In this document: in pieces, positions 33,383 to 42,131 of the stretch
Layout: every line of letters starts with the position of its first letter
How positions within the stretch are numbered: the first letter of the stretch is position 1
Virus record (IMG/VR): IMGVR_UViG_3300045988_164134
Direction: 5' to 3' (one strand)
Source: a virus
Length of the DNA stretch: 62,626 nucleotides
Notes under the pieces: model-generated
Told to the model about the DNA's origin: nothing
Seen by the model: the letters and a program-made list of their open reading frames with translations, nothing else
Databases searched by the model: none
Made by a program: the position numbers and the translations under genes

Positions 33383-34150
33383 ATGAACGAATTAAAGATT
33401 TTTAAGAACTCACAGTTTGGTACAATCCGAACACTTAGTATTAACAATGAACCATGGTTTGTTGGTAAGGATGTCACTAGTATTTTAGGATATACCAACG
33501 CTAGTAAGGCATTAGCAGACCACGTAGACGATGAAGATAAACTCAATAACGATTCGTTACTGAGTTTAGGACAGCGTGGTGGTTGGCTTATCAACGAATC
33601 CGGCTTATACAGCCTTATCCTTTCAAGTAAGCTCCCCAAAGCAAAAGAATTTAAACGCTGGGTAACGAGCGAAGTCCTGCCGTCAATCCGCAAACACGGG
33701 GCATACATGACAGATGATGTTCTTGAAAGAACAATTACTGATCCCGATTTTATGATAAAGCTGCTCACGAAAATGAAAGAGGAAAAGAAAGCAAGAGAAA
33801 TAGCAGAACAGCAGGTGAAGGAACTCACGCCAAAAGGCATTTTTGCCGACGCCGTTAATTCATCAGAAACGTCAATTCTTGTTGGTGAGCTTGCAAAGCT
33901 GTTAAAACAAAATGGTGTAAATATGGGACGTAATCGTTTATTCGACTGGATGAAGAATAACGGCTATCTCATTAAGAGTGGCAGTGAACGCAACATGCCG
34001 ACACAAAAGAGTATGGAAATGAAACTACTCGAAATTAAAGAGCGGAATGTTGCAAATCCTGACGGCTCAATCAAGATAGTAAAAACGCCAAAGGTTACAG
34101 GAAAGGGACAGATTTATTTTATCAATAAGTTGTTAGCAAAAGAGGTGTAA
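33383..34150 (+). CDS. Antirepressor (BRO-N + KilAC/ANT domains)
   Basis: SD AGAGAGGA precedes ATG 33383. Contains LKIFKNSQFGTIRTLSINNEPWFVGKDVTSILGY and the C-terminal VGELAKLLKQNGVNMGRNRLFDWMKNNGYL. Confidence 0.85.
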   Translation: MNELKIFKNSQFGTIRTLSINNEPWFVGKDVTSILGYTNASKALADHVDDEDKLNNDSLLSLGQRGGWLINESGLYSLILSSKLPKAKEFKRWVTSEVLPSIRKHGAYMTDDVLERTITDPDFMIKLLTKMKEEKKAREIAEQQVKELTPKGIFADAVNSSETSILVGELAKLLKQNGVNMGRNRLFDWMKNNGYLIKSGSERNMPTQKSMEMKLLEIKERNVANPDGSIKIVKTPKVTGKGQIYFINKLLAKEV

Positions 34151-34152
34151 AC

Positions 34153-34461
34153 ATGGACGATAAATTAAAATTAGCGATTGAAATTGCAGATAAATGCAGA
34201 AAACAATTGGCAGGCCTTGGATTTCACCCTTTTATTATTGTCACAGACGGTAAGCCATGTGCAACGAGTTTTATAACGTCCACTATTGAAGGTGCTTTCG
34301 ACAAAAGCGAAATTATGGAAATGCTTGTAAGAAACATCATCATCACTGAAAAAAACGGCACAGAGCAAGGGACAAAAGAAGTCCTTGAAGTGCTGACGGA
34401 TATTATTGAAAATATCCAAGAAATAAAAAGGCAATGTGATGAAAGCATAGGGAAGGAGTAA
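34153..34461 (+). CDS. Hypothetical protein
   Basis: SD AAGAGGTG. No motif recognised. Confidence 0.55.
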   Translation: MDDKLKLAIEIADKCRKQLAGLGFHPFIIVTDGKPCATSFITSTIEGAFDKSEIMEMLVRNIIITEKNGTEQGTKEVLEVLTDIIENIQEIKRQCDESIGKE

Positions 34462-34464
34462 TAA

Positions 34465-34671
34465 ATGAAAATAACCGTCGAGCAAGCCAGCAAACTTTTA
34501 GGCATTAGTAAACAGTGCTTGAGAGTGGCTATGCAAAGAAAAAACCTTCCTATCGGATTTGAGCAGTTGTCCGATGGGAAGGCAAAACGGCGGTATTACT
34601 ACATATCGCCGAAAATGTTGGCTAATTATATTGGCATTAGTATTGAAGAATTGAAAGAGAGGTTAGCGTAA
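34465..34671 (+). CDS. Small HTH DNA-binding protein
   Basis: ITVEQASKLLGISKQCLRVAMQRKNLP. Confidence 0.6.
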   Translation: MKITVEQASKLLGISKQCLRVAMQRKNLPIGFEQLSDGKAKRRYYYISPKMLANYIGISIEELKERLA

Positions 34672-34874
34672 TGATCGCGAACCGGATTAACAAGAACCAC
34701 GAATTAGCTCAATTAGAGCATATTCGTAAAGCAAGAGAAAACTTGCGAATCGCCTTGGAAGCTGAACGAGCTGTAAAAAAGGCAGAAAAAAAAGAAGCCA
34801 TAAAAGCCTTCTTGGAAGGGCTGATTGTAGCTGTATTATGTGCCGCCTGCTTCATTATGGCGGGTGCTTTGTAA
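34671..34874 (+). CDS. Small protein with C-terminal TM
   Basis: TAATG coupling to the upstream gene. Contains LIVAVLCAACFIMAGAL. Confidence 0.5.
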   Translation: MIANRINKNHELAQLEHIRKARENLRIALEAERAVKKAEKKEAIKAFLEGLIVAVLCAACFIMAGAL

Positions 34875-34918
34875 TATGAGAAAAGCCGCACAGCGAATAT
34901 AAGAGAGGTGGTGAAAAG

Positions 34919-35257
34919 ATGAAAGCTATAGAAATCCGTGACCATGTGCCGGAAGGGAATCGGCATGATCGCAAGCTTTTCAAGCGGATTGCCAGTGCGA
35001 TTGTATTCACCCTGGCCCTTGCCACGGCTTGTGGCATCGGCTGGTACGCAGGCGCGAAGCTGGCCTATGAGCAGAAAGCGGCGGGAATCTCCAAAGTCCA
35101 CTACGTGGAAGAAGGGGAAACCCTATGGGACATAGCCGCCGGGCTGGCTGGCGATGAGCAGGACGTAAGAGAAGTGGTATACGACCTGCAAAAACTGAAC
35201 GGGATTGCTCCCGACGCTGACCTCAAAGTTGGCCAGAAGATTGTAATAGCAAAGTAG
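34919..35257 (+). CDS. Membrane-anchored LysM-domain protein
   Basis: TM segment IASAIVFTLALATACGIGWYAG and LysM segment HYVEEGETLWDIAAGL...LNGIAPDADLKVGQKIVI. Confidence 0.75.
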   Translation: MKAIEIRDHVPEGNRHDRKLFKRIASAIVFTLALATACGIGWYAGAKLAYEQKAAGISKVHYVEEGETLWDIAAGLAGDEQDVREVVYDLQKLNGIAPDADLKVGQKIVIAK

Positions 35258-35342
35258 ACCTTGCGACGGTTACGCAAGGCCTACGAGGCTAGATGTATTA
35301 AATTGATTGCCTTAATTATAAGGCAGAAAGTTGAGGAAGTCA

Positions 35343-35756
35343 ATGAGAGCAAGAGATATTTCCGATTGGGGCCGTAAACCTTGGCCATTTGAAACGCATT
35401 ACGAATTGCTAAGCCCCCTGTCGCGCAGTGTATCCCATGAACTGGCAGATACCTGCCTAAAGATTGGAACATTGCTAAAGGAAAAGTTTCCCGACAACGA
35501 CGACATTACCTATGAAGCCGACGCGCTTATTTCAGCCGCGGAAACCTTTGAAGGCAACTGTTGTTTCCCGGAACTGACGGATGAATTATCCGACAACTTA
35601 AAGTTCGTTTCCGTCCATATCGACAATTTAAAGCAAATTGATGAGGTTGATTTATCTGACTTCATTGATGACTTGACAGAAAAATTGCAGGACGGCAAAG
35701 ACGCTGTTCTGTTTGATCGTAGTCGTTGGTTCAACGACACGAAGAAAGGAGCATAA
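35343..35756 (+). CDS. Hypothetical acidic protein
   Basis: SD GAGGAA precedes ATG 35343. TTG 35331 is an alternative start. Confidence 0.5.
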   Translation: MRARDISDWGRKPWPFETHYELLSPLSRSVSHELADTCLKIGTLLKEKFPDNDDITYEADALISAAETFEGNCCFPELTDELSDNLKFVSVHIDNLKQIDEVDLSDFIDDLTEKLQDGKDAVLFDRSRWFNDTKKGA

Positions 35757-35757
35757 A

Positions 35758-36246
35758 ATGGCAAGCTTGTATGAAATTAATACCGCTATCCTTAATTGCG
35801 TAGAAGTCGAACCGGGTACGACGGTCAACATGGAAACAGGGGAAATCATCGACCTGGAAAAACTTTCCCTGCTGAAAATGGAACGTAGCGAAAAAATCCG
35901 AAACATTGCCTTATGGATTAAGAACTTGAAGGCCGACGCAAAGGCCCTCAAGGAAGAAAAAGAAGCCTTCTACAAGCGGCAGAAGGCGGCAGAAAACAAG
36001 GCCGCACAGCTGGAAAGCTACCTTGCCAACGTCCTCGACGGCGAAAAGGTCAAGGAAACGGAATTCTCCATCGGCTGGCGGAAGAGCAAGGCCGTCACGA
36101 TTACGGACGAAAAGAAGCTGCCGGAAGCCTTCTTGATTGCACAGCCTCCGAAAGTCGACAAGACGGCCATCGGGAAAGCCTTGAAAGGCGGGGAAGACGT
36201 TCCGGGTGCTGAACTCGAAGAACGGGTAAACATTCAGATCAAGTGA
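35758..36246 (+). CDS. Siphovirus Gp157-like protein
   Basis: SD AAGGAG. N-terminal LYEINTAILNC...GEIIDLEKLSLLKMERSEKIRNIALWIKNLKADAKALKEEK is typical of the family, and the gene lies upstream of the annealing protein. Confidence 0.65.
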   Translation: MASLYEINTAILNCVEVEPGTTVNMETGEIIDLEKLSLLKMERSEKIRNIALWIKNLKADAKALKEEKEAFYKRQKAAENKAAQLESYLANVLDGEKVKETEFSIGWRKSKAVTITDEKKLPEAFLIAQPPKVDKTAIGKALKGGEDVPGAELEERVNIQIK

Positions 36247-36256
36247 GGTGCTAGTC

Positions 36257-36979
36257 ATGGAAAAGACAATTTACAAGAAACTCATGGCTGTACAGTCGGA
36301 GTTGAAAGCGCCGAAAGGCCAGTACAACAAATTCGGCGGTTACAGTTACCGCTCGTGTGAAGATATCCTTGAAGCCGTAAAGCCCTTGTTAAGCAATCAT
36401 GGGCTGGTGTTGACCATCGCGGATGAAATCAAAACCGTTGGCGACCGTTTTTATGTACAGGCAGAAGCCCGATTGATTGACGCCGACAACGGCGACGAAA
36501 TCAAGACTAGTGCTTATGCCCGTGAAGCACTGGCCCGCAAGGGCATGGACGACAGCCAGGTGACAGGTAGCGCGTCAAGCTACGCCCGCAAGTACGCCTT
36601 GAACGGTCTGTTCTGTATCGACGATAACAAGGACGCCGATACATGGAATAATGCACTTCAGAGCCGTTCTAACGCGCGTAATGATAGTCCCAAGGGTAAT
36701 TACACCAAAGCAGGACGACAGGCCGAAAAAACCGCGTCTAGCTCGTCTCAGACGCAAAAAAAGCCTACATCTGTTGACGACTATTACCAGCTCGTCATTG
36801 ACTGGGCTAGAGCAAACGAGGCCGTCATGTTCATCGGGCCGTTGCTCAAAGAAAAATTCAACAAGGGGCATTTCAAAGAATTGTCCCTTGCAGAGGCCAA
36901 GGCCTTCTACGAAAACGTAGGCAAATTAGTCAATGCGGCGAAGGCCAAAGACGACGCTGCACTGATGGAAGGCGTATAG
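36257..36979 (+). CDS. ERF-family single-strand annealing protein
   Basis: KKLMAVQSELKAPKGQYNKFGGYSYRSCEDILEAVKPLLSNHGL ... QVTGSASSYARKYALNGLF. Confidence 0.85.
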   Translation: MEKTIYKKLMAVQSELKAPKGQYNKFGGYSYRSCEDILEAVKPLLSNHGLVLTIADEIKTVGDRFYVQAEARLIDADNGDEIKTSAYAREALARKGMDDSQVTGSASSYARKYALNGLFCIDDNKDADTWNNALQSRSNARNDSPKGNYTKAGRQAEKTASSSSQTQKKPTSVDDYYQLVIDWARANEAVMFIGPLLKEKFNKGHFKELSLAEAKAFYENVGKLVNAAKAKDDAALMEGV

Positions 36980-36980
36980 C

Positions 36981-37529
36981 ATGAAATTCCATGTGAAGGG
37001 TGTGCAGGTGCTCAAAGGGAACAGCGGCTATATGCTGCTGATTCCCGCACCGCTCACCGAAGATTTGAATAATATCAAAGTGGATGGCGATTACTCCATT
37101 GAGATTAAGCGCCATTCAGAAAAACGCTCATTGAACGCTAACTCCTACTGCTGGGTATTGTGCCAACGGATAGCCGAAAAATTATCCAGCGACGGCCAAT
37201 ATGTCAGCAAAGAAGAAGTGTATCGCGGTGCCATCCAAGATTCTCAAGGATTTACCCCGATATGCGTCCAGAAGAAGCTGGCGGCCAGCGTGTGCCGGGA
37301 CTGGCGTCACAACGGTATTGGATGGATTGCCATTGATACCGGGGCCAGCAAGGTCAAGGGCTGTACCGTCCTGCACTTATACGCCGGCTCAAGCGTATAT
37401 GACACGCACGACATGAGCCGACTGATTGACTGCCTTGTCGATGAGGCCCGTCAGATTGGCGCGAACGTCGAGGACCGGGAATGGGTCCAGACGCTCATTG
37501 ATGATTGGAGGCCCGAACAAGATGATTGA
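36981..37529 (+). CDS. NinB/Orf-like recombination mediator (tentative)
   Basis: EKRSLNANSYCWVLCQRIAEK parallels lambda NinB RNRSLDQNRKLWACLGDVSRQ. Confidence 0.45.
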   Translation: MKFHVKGVQVLKGNSGYMLLIPAPLTEDLNNIKVDGDYSIEIKRHSEKRSLNANSYCWVLCQRIAEKLSSDGQYVSKEEVYRGAIQDSQGFTPICVQKKLAASVCRDWRHNGIGWIAIDTGASKVKGCTVLHLYAGSSVYDTHDMSRLIDCLVDEARQIGANVEDREWVQTLIDDWRPEQDD

Positions 37530-37926
37530 CTTATACCCTCGCAAATGTAATATATGCGGCGGTCCTGTCCGACTCGTCGACAATAGCCGGGTATACTCCC
37601 CGGAATATGCCAGTCTTCACCCCGGAAAGGTGTATCTGTGCCAGCGATGCGGGGCATACGTCGGGTTGCATCCTCACTCGCATCGGGCGCTGGGGATTCT
37701 GGCAAGCCGGAAAATGAGGCGAGCCAGGATGTACTGTCATGATTTGTTTGATAGCTTCTGGCAAGGGCGGCGCCACGCCCACCGCAAACGGGTACGGGCT
37801 TACACCGAACTGGCCAGGCGGCTAGGAATTCCCGTAGAAGAATGTCACTTCGGGTGGATGACCGTTCCAGAAATGCGGGTTGCCTACCGGCACTTGCTGG
37901 ACATGAAGAAGGAGGGCTGGCGATGA
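37522..37926 (+). CDS. Zinc-ribbon protein
   Basis: ATGA coupling to the upstream gene. Contains CNICGGPV...CQRCGAYVGLHPHS. Confidence 0.55.
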   Translation: MIDLYPRKCNICGGPVRLVDNSRVYSPEYASLHPGKVYLCQRCGAYVGLHPHSHRALGILASRKMRRARMYCHDLFDSFWQGRRHAHRKRVRAYTELARRLGIPVEECHFGWMTVPEMRVAYRHLLDMKKEGWR

Positions 37927-38186
37927 ATAGACGTAAACGTCGTGACGACGCGCTATACCGAAAGAACCGCCTTCCGGCTTATGAACGGGCTGGCGGCGTA
38001 TGTGAGAACTGTGGCGCACCGGCTGCGGAAATACATCACATTACATTCCGGTCCCACTGCGGGACGAGCGATTTAGATAACCTCATCGTATTGTGCCGGG
38101 ACTGTCATGAAAAGGCACACGGTCCCGACGCAAAAGCGATGAGAGAAAGTTTTAGGGAGATAAGAAGAAATGGAAAGGAAATTTAA
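37923..38186 (+). CDS. HNH endonuclease
   Basis: CENCGAPAAEIHHITFRSHCGTSDLDNLIVLCRDCHEKAH. Confidence 0.85.
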   Translation: MNRRKRRDDALYRKNRLPAYERAGGVCENCGAPAAEIHHITFRSHCGTSDLDNLIVLCRDCHEKAHGPDAKAMRESFREIRRNGKEI

Positions 38187-38961
38187 AGGCATATGGATTC
38201 CTGCCGAACTATGGAACTCAAAAGGACTTAGTTTGCAAGAGAAATGCTTGATAGCCGAGATTGATAGCTTCACTGAGTTCTGGATGAGCAATAAAGCCAT
38301 TGGAGAGTTTCTAGGGGTATCCAAGGACCGTGCAAAACAAATCGTCGCCAAGATGAAGGATGGCGGAATTATCAACGTTGAAACGACCAGGGATGCAGAA
38401 ACAAAACAAATTCTCAAGCGGACTATCACCGTATCAAACGATTTTAAGCGAAAAATATTTGAAGCATCATTAAATAAAAAAGTTGATGATTACCCTAGTG
38501 GGGTAGAAAATTCCCCCAGGGGTGGGGTAGAAAATTCCCCCAGGGGTGGGGTAGAAAACTACCCAGAGAGTAATAAATCTTTTTATAACAAATCTTCTTT
38601 AGATAATAAGGGGGATAAACCCCCAGCGCTCCCCCAGGTATCTAAAAAGAGCAAACGGTTTGTAAAGCCTACCTTGGATGACGTTCAAGCGTACTGCCAA
38701 GAACGTCAGAACAATGTAGATCCGGAAAGCTTCGTCGACTTCTACGAAAGCAAAGGTTGGAAGGTTGGCAACCAGCCCATGAAGGACTGGGAGGCAGCTG
38801 TACGGACGTGGGAACGACGGGACAACAACCGTCCGCGGTATAAGACCCGCGACGAACGGCTGCGGGAAGATGACGCACGGAGAGAAAGGATGTGTAAAGA
38901 ATATGACGAGCAACACAGCCAATCAAGTTTTGAAGATATTAAGAGGCTCTTATCCAAATGA
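38170..38961 (+). CDS. Replication initiator / replisome organiser (wHTH N-domain, DnaD-like C-terminal region)
   Basis: FKGIWIPAELWNSKGLSLQEKCLIAEIDSF...NKAIGEFLGVSKDRAKQIV, with C-terminal PTLDDVQAYCQERQNNVDPESFVDFYESKGWKVGNQPMKDWEAAVRTW. Confidence 0.75.
   Translation: MERKFKGIWIPAELWNSKGLSLQEKCLIAEIDSFTEFWMSNKAIGEFLGVSKDRAKQIVAKMKDGGIINVETTRDAETKQILKRTITVSNDFKRKIFEASLNKKVDDYPSGVENSPRGGVENSPRGGVENYPESNKSFYNKSSLDNKGDKPPALPQVSKKSKRFVKPTLDDVQAYCQERQNNVDPESFVDFYESKGWKVGNQPMKDWEAAVRTWERRDNNRPRYKTRDERLREDDARRERMCKEYDEQHSQSSFEDIKRLLSK
38498..38566 (+). repeat. 2.8 x 24-bp tandem iterons inside the initiator gene (candidate ori)
   Basis: GTGGGGTAGAAAATTCCCCCAGGG x2, then GTGGGGTAGAAAACTACCCA. 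Each unit contains GGGG..CCCC, and an A-rich tract lies just upstream. Confidence 0.7.
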
Positions 38962-39472
38962 CGCCTGGAAGCTGAGTGGCCAGAATGGCGATGAATTTAT
39001 TGGCGCGATGATGCTCCAACTTGAACGCTACAGCGACGGTGACGTCCTGCGGGCCGTTGGCCGTGTGATTGACAGCGCCGACACTATGCCGAGCGTGACG
39101 ATGATCAAGAAAGAAGTTAAGCGGAAAATCAACGCCGTGCCGGACTACCAGGCACTACCGGAAGCGCCGGTCAACGAAGCCGGGCGCAAGCGCATCCACG
39201 ACATGATAAGCGGCCTTAGAAGCCAATGGAAGCGGCCGGACAAGGAAAAGAAACCGCCGTCGCTGGATGACGTGCCGAAAGACGTCATCGAATTCGCCCG
39301 CCGGGCCGTTCCAGGAATCCCGGACGAACTGATTATCAAGAACATCCCCGCCTTCAAAGATGGGATGTCCTGTAACATGCGCATGGGCAACGAATACATG
39401 CGCTTTTGGCTAGACCCGAACACAGGACTTGTAAGCATGACCATTGTCATGAAGAGAGGAGTAGCGAAATGA
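38903..39472 (+). CDS. Hypothetical replication-module protein
   Basis: Long ORF in operon orientation. The start is uncertain (38870, 38903 or 39008). Confidence 0.45.
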   Translation: MTSNTANQVLKILRGSYPNDAWKLSGQNGDEFIGAMMLQLERYSDGDVLRAVGRVIDSADTMPSVTMIKKEVKRKINAVPDYQALPEAPVNEAGRKRIHDMISGLRSQWKRPDKEKKPPSLDDVPKDVIEFARRAVPGIPDELIIKNIPAFKDGMSCNMRMGNEYMRFWLDPNTGLVSMTIVMKRGVAK

Positions 39473-39876
39473 AGACATGTATGATGTGCAGCAAGGAATT
39501 CAACCAGGACTATAGATCACAGAAATTGTGCAAGGAATGTCTGGACAAATTCACGAAGCGCTACTGGGACTGGAACGAATACCGAAAGCAGGGCCATACA
39601 CGGCGACCGACCTGTATCGTGTGCGATAAGCCGTTGACAAGCGGATTCAGCGTATGCCCGGATTGCCGGGAAGCATGGAAACATATTTACTACGAAATCA
39701 CGCGTCCCAAAACATTGATACAAGCAAGAAAACGGATGGCACGCAACCGGCATCAACAGCCTGGGCTTGAAACTCAGTTACAACCAACAAAGTTGGATGA
39801 CGATATCACGGCCGCCCGCAAAGCGGGAATGTCGTACGGCATTTACATGGCAAGAAAGAAGGGACTGGTACGATGA
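39469..39876 (+). CDS. Cys-rich zinc-ribbon protein
   Basis: ATGA coupling and SD AGAGGAG. Contains CMMCSKEF...CKEC...CIVCDKP...CPDC. Confidence 0.55.
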   Translation: MKTCMMCSKEFNQDYRSQKLCKECLDKFTKRYWDWNEYRKQGHTRRPTCIVCDKPLTSGFSVCPDCREAWKHIYYEITRPKTLIQARKRMARNRHQQPGLETQLQPTKLDDDITAARKAGMSYGIYMARKKGLVR

Positions 39877-40463
39877 ACGCTATCAGCCGGGCGCTGGCAA
39901 GGCGTGACAGGGCGCGTACAGAGTTACGACGTGAAGCCGGGGCCGAAAGCGGTACGGACTGGGCAACGACATTGCTGTTTAGCTGCCTTCACGACAAGTA
40001 CGGGTTCGGCCGCAACCGGTTCGCCGCGATGGACGACATGTGGACGCACCTCGACGAATTCCAGGAAGGTTTCATTTTCGACTGGCGCGATGAATTGTGT
40101 GAACATGGATTCGACCGTTTCCTAAACGAACGTATCGCCGAAAGGATGCAGAAAATGATAACCGGCCGGACGCGCGATCTGAAACTCATGGCGAAGACAC
40201 GCGACATGATAGCCGGAGTAGCCATCGTCATATTCTGGACGCTGTACACGAAATACAAATGGCGTGACAAACGTCTCAAAGATTTGCAGAACTACTACAA
40301 AGACAAAGTCCACGTACTGACTCACAACGAAGTGCCCATATGGGAGTTCATGAAATGCCTCAATGTAGAGTGCAACATAGATTACCCGGCACTGAAAGCG
40401 TATGAGAAACAGAACGGACCAGTCGATATATACCACGGCAACCGTGGAGAAAGGAATAAATAA
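39873..40463 (+). CDS. Hypothetical protein
   Basis: ATGA coupling. No motif recognised. Confidence 0.55.
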   Translation: MNAISRALARRDRARTELRREAGAESGTDWATTLLFSCLHDKYGFGRNRFAAMDDMWTHLDEFQEGFIFDWRDELCEHGFDRFLNERIAERMQKMITGRTRDLKLMAKTRDMIAGVAIVIFWTLYTKYKWRDKRLKDLQNYYKDKVHVLTHNEVPIWEFMKCLNVECNIDYPALKAYEKQNGPVDIYHGNRGERNK

Positions 40464-40464
40464 C

Positions 40465-40692
40465 ATGAATATTGACAAGAAATCAACGCTTTGTGCGCTA
40501 TTGGTGGAACAGAAAAAAGAATTATGTGAATATTATTGCCACCATGAAAAGCTCGACGACTGTTGCATAATGCGTCGCCCGTGTGGCAGCTCCAACATTG
40601 CCCCGGACGATATAGACTGGTGCCCGGCTACCTGGAATCATGGAGACGCCTGCATGATAGAACAGCTGGTTATTGAATTGTTTGGTTGCTAA
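40465..40692 (+). CDS. Small Cys-rich protein
   Basis: The ATG lies 2 nt after the previous stop. Nine Cys in 75 aa. Confidence 0.5.
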   Translation: MNIDKKSTLCALLVEQKKELCEYYCHHEKLDDCCIMRRPCGSSNIAPDDIDWCPATWNHGDACMIEQLVIELFGC

Positions 40693-40722
40693 ATACGAGA
40701 GGGATAACAGGAGGAAATCAAA

Positions 40723-41385
40723 ATGAAGAAATTACAGGTAACTATCGAACTCATCGAAGAAATGTTGGGGACAGCGAACAGCGACCCGAAGATTCATGAA
40801 GAATTCATCGCGTCGAAAGCGCCGGACGCCGCCAGCCGGGAAGAAGAAGTCGAAGCGCTGGGAGTGGAAGCCGTCGTCGAAAAGGGCAAGACGATTTTCC
40901 CGAAGGAAGACGGCAAACCGTTTGTCTACTCGTATCAAATCCGCGGGTTCTTCAAAGCGGCCGCCGGATTCTTGCAGCGTTGCAAAGGCGAAAAATTCGC
41001 CGCCCACACGAATAAAATCAAGGCTTACAAGAAAGTCATCGACGGCTGTATATTTGTCGAACCGCGGAAAATCATGATTGAAATGCCGAAAGGCGCTGAA
41101 ATCGGTGACTGCCAGCGGCCGTTGAGAGCGCAGACCGCACAGGGCGAACGCGTGGCACTGGCAAACAGTGAAAGCGTACCGGAAGGCAGCCGAATGACAT
41201 TTACAATCGAAATCGACAACGAAGCCTATACGGACGCCGTCCTGGAATGGCTGGCCCATGGTAGTAAAAACGGGCTGGGACAGTGGCGGAACTCCGGCAA
41301 AGGACGGTTCAAGATTGTTGACATCAAAGAAATCAAGGATGCGGAAAGCGAAGTCGACCGTATCAAGAAAATGCTGAAAGGCTAA
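40723..41385 (+). CDS. Hypothetical protein with C-terminal Gly-rich loop GLGQWRNSGKGRF
   Basis: SD AGGAGGAA. Balanced composition and operon orientation. The long antisense ORF over it is judged spurious. Confidence 0.6.
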   Translation: MKKLQVTIELIEEMLGTANSDPKIHEEFIASKAPDAASREEEVEALGVEAVVEKGKTIFPKEDGKPFVYSYQIRGFFKAAAGFLQRCKGEKFAAHTNKIKAYKKVIDGCIFVEPRKIMIEMPKGAEIGDCQRPLRAQTAQGERVALANSESVPEGSRMTFTIEIDNEAYTDAVLEWLAHGSKNGLGQWRNSGKGRFKIVDIKEIKDAESEVDRIKKMLKG

Positions 41386-42120
41386 GGCCGACAGCAAGCG
41401 AAGAGAAGCAAAGGCACAGTTTTGTGTGGTTGTGTGATGCAAAGGCACGGTACTGTTCCGCGGTGTGACGTGGCGTAACGGCATAGCTCTGTATAGTTGA
41501 GTGAAGGCATGGCACGGTGCTGCGAAGGCGAGGCCTCGAATAGTATCGTAACAGCAGCGCAATGTGGCGCAACGCAAAGGCAAAGTAGCGTCGCGCAGGG
41601 TGCAGTAGCGCCCAGCAAGGCAAAGGCCGTGTATAGCCAAGAAATGTGACGGCAGAGCAAGGCCTGGTTGAGTACAGCAGCGGCATAGCATCGTAGCATT
41701 GAGCAAGGGCAAAGTAAGGTTACGCGGTGGTATGGCAATACATAGCGCTGTGAGGGCGATGAAAGGCAACACCACGTAATGGAAAAGCAGGGTATAGTCA
41801 CGTAAAGGAAAAGTAAAGTTAAGTAAAGTTTGGCGAGGCGGAGGCATAGCATTGTAACGTTTGGCATAGCACAGCCAGGGCAATGCATGGCAATGACTTG
41901 TCATGAACGTGTTGCAATGGAATGGCAATGCATAGTGGTGTTTCGCAGGGTAAAGGCGTGGTAGCGTGACGCAATGGCTAGGTACAGCCTTGTGCCGTCC
42001 GGCCATGGATACGCATAGTAGTGCAGTGTGGTGTAAAGGCATTGTTAAGCAGTGCTGATTATAGCCATGGTATGGCGACGCAACGTTTGGCCTGGTAACG
42101 GCCAACATCATAAAAAAAGG
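41386..42120 (+). repeat. Non-coding, G-rich/C-poor degenerate-repeat tract
   Basis: No + strand ORF of 60 aa or more. About 20 GGCA-centred words: GGCATAGC x4, GCAAAGGCA x3, GGCAATGCAT x2, and tandem AAGTAAAGTT x2. All minus-strand frames are open as a side effect of the composition. Confidence 0.6.
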
Positions 42121-42131
42121 AGTGACAGACA

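Noticed and set aside
38498-38566. A CRISPR array or mini-array. The same question was asked of 41386-42131.
   Set aside because: The 24-bp units are directly tandem with no spacers and lie in frame within a gene. The 41.4-42.1 kb tract has only short degenerate words with irregular spacing. No cas genes are present.
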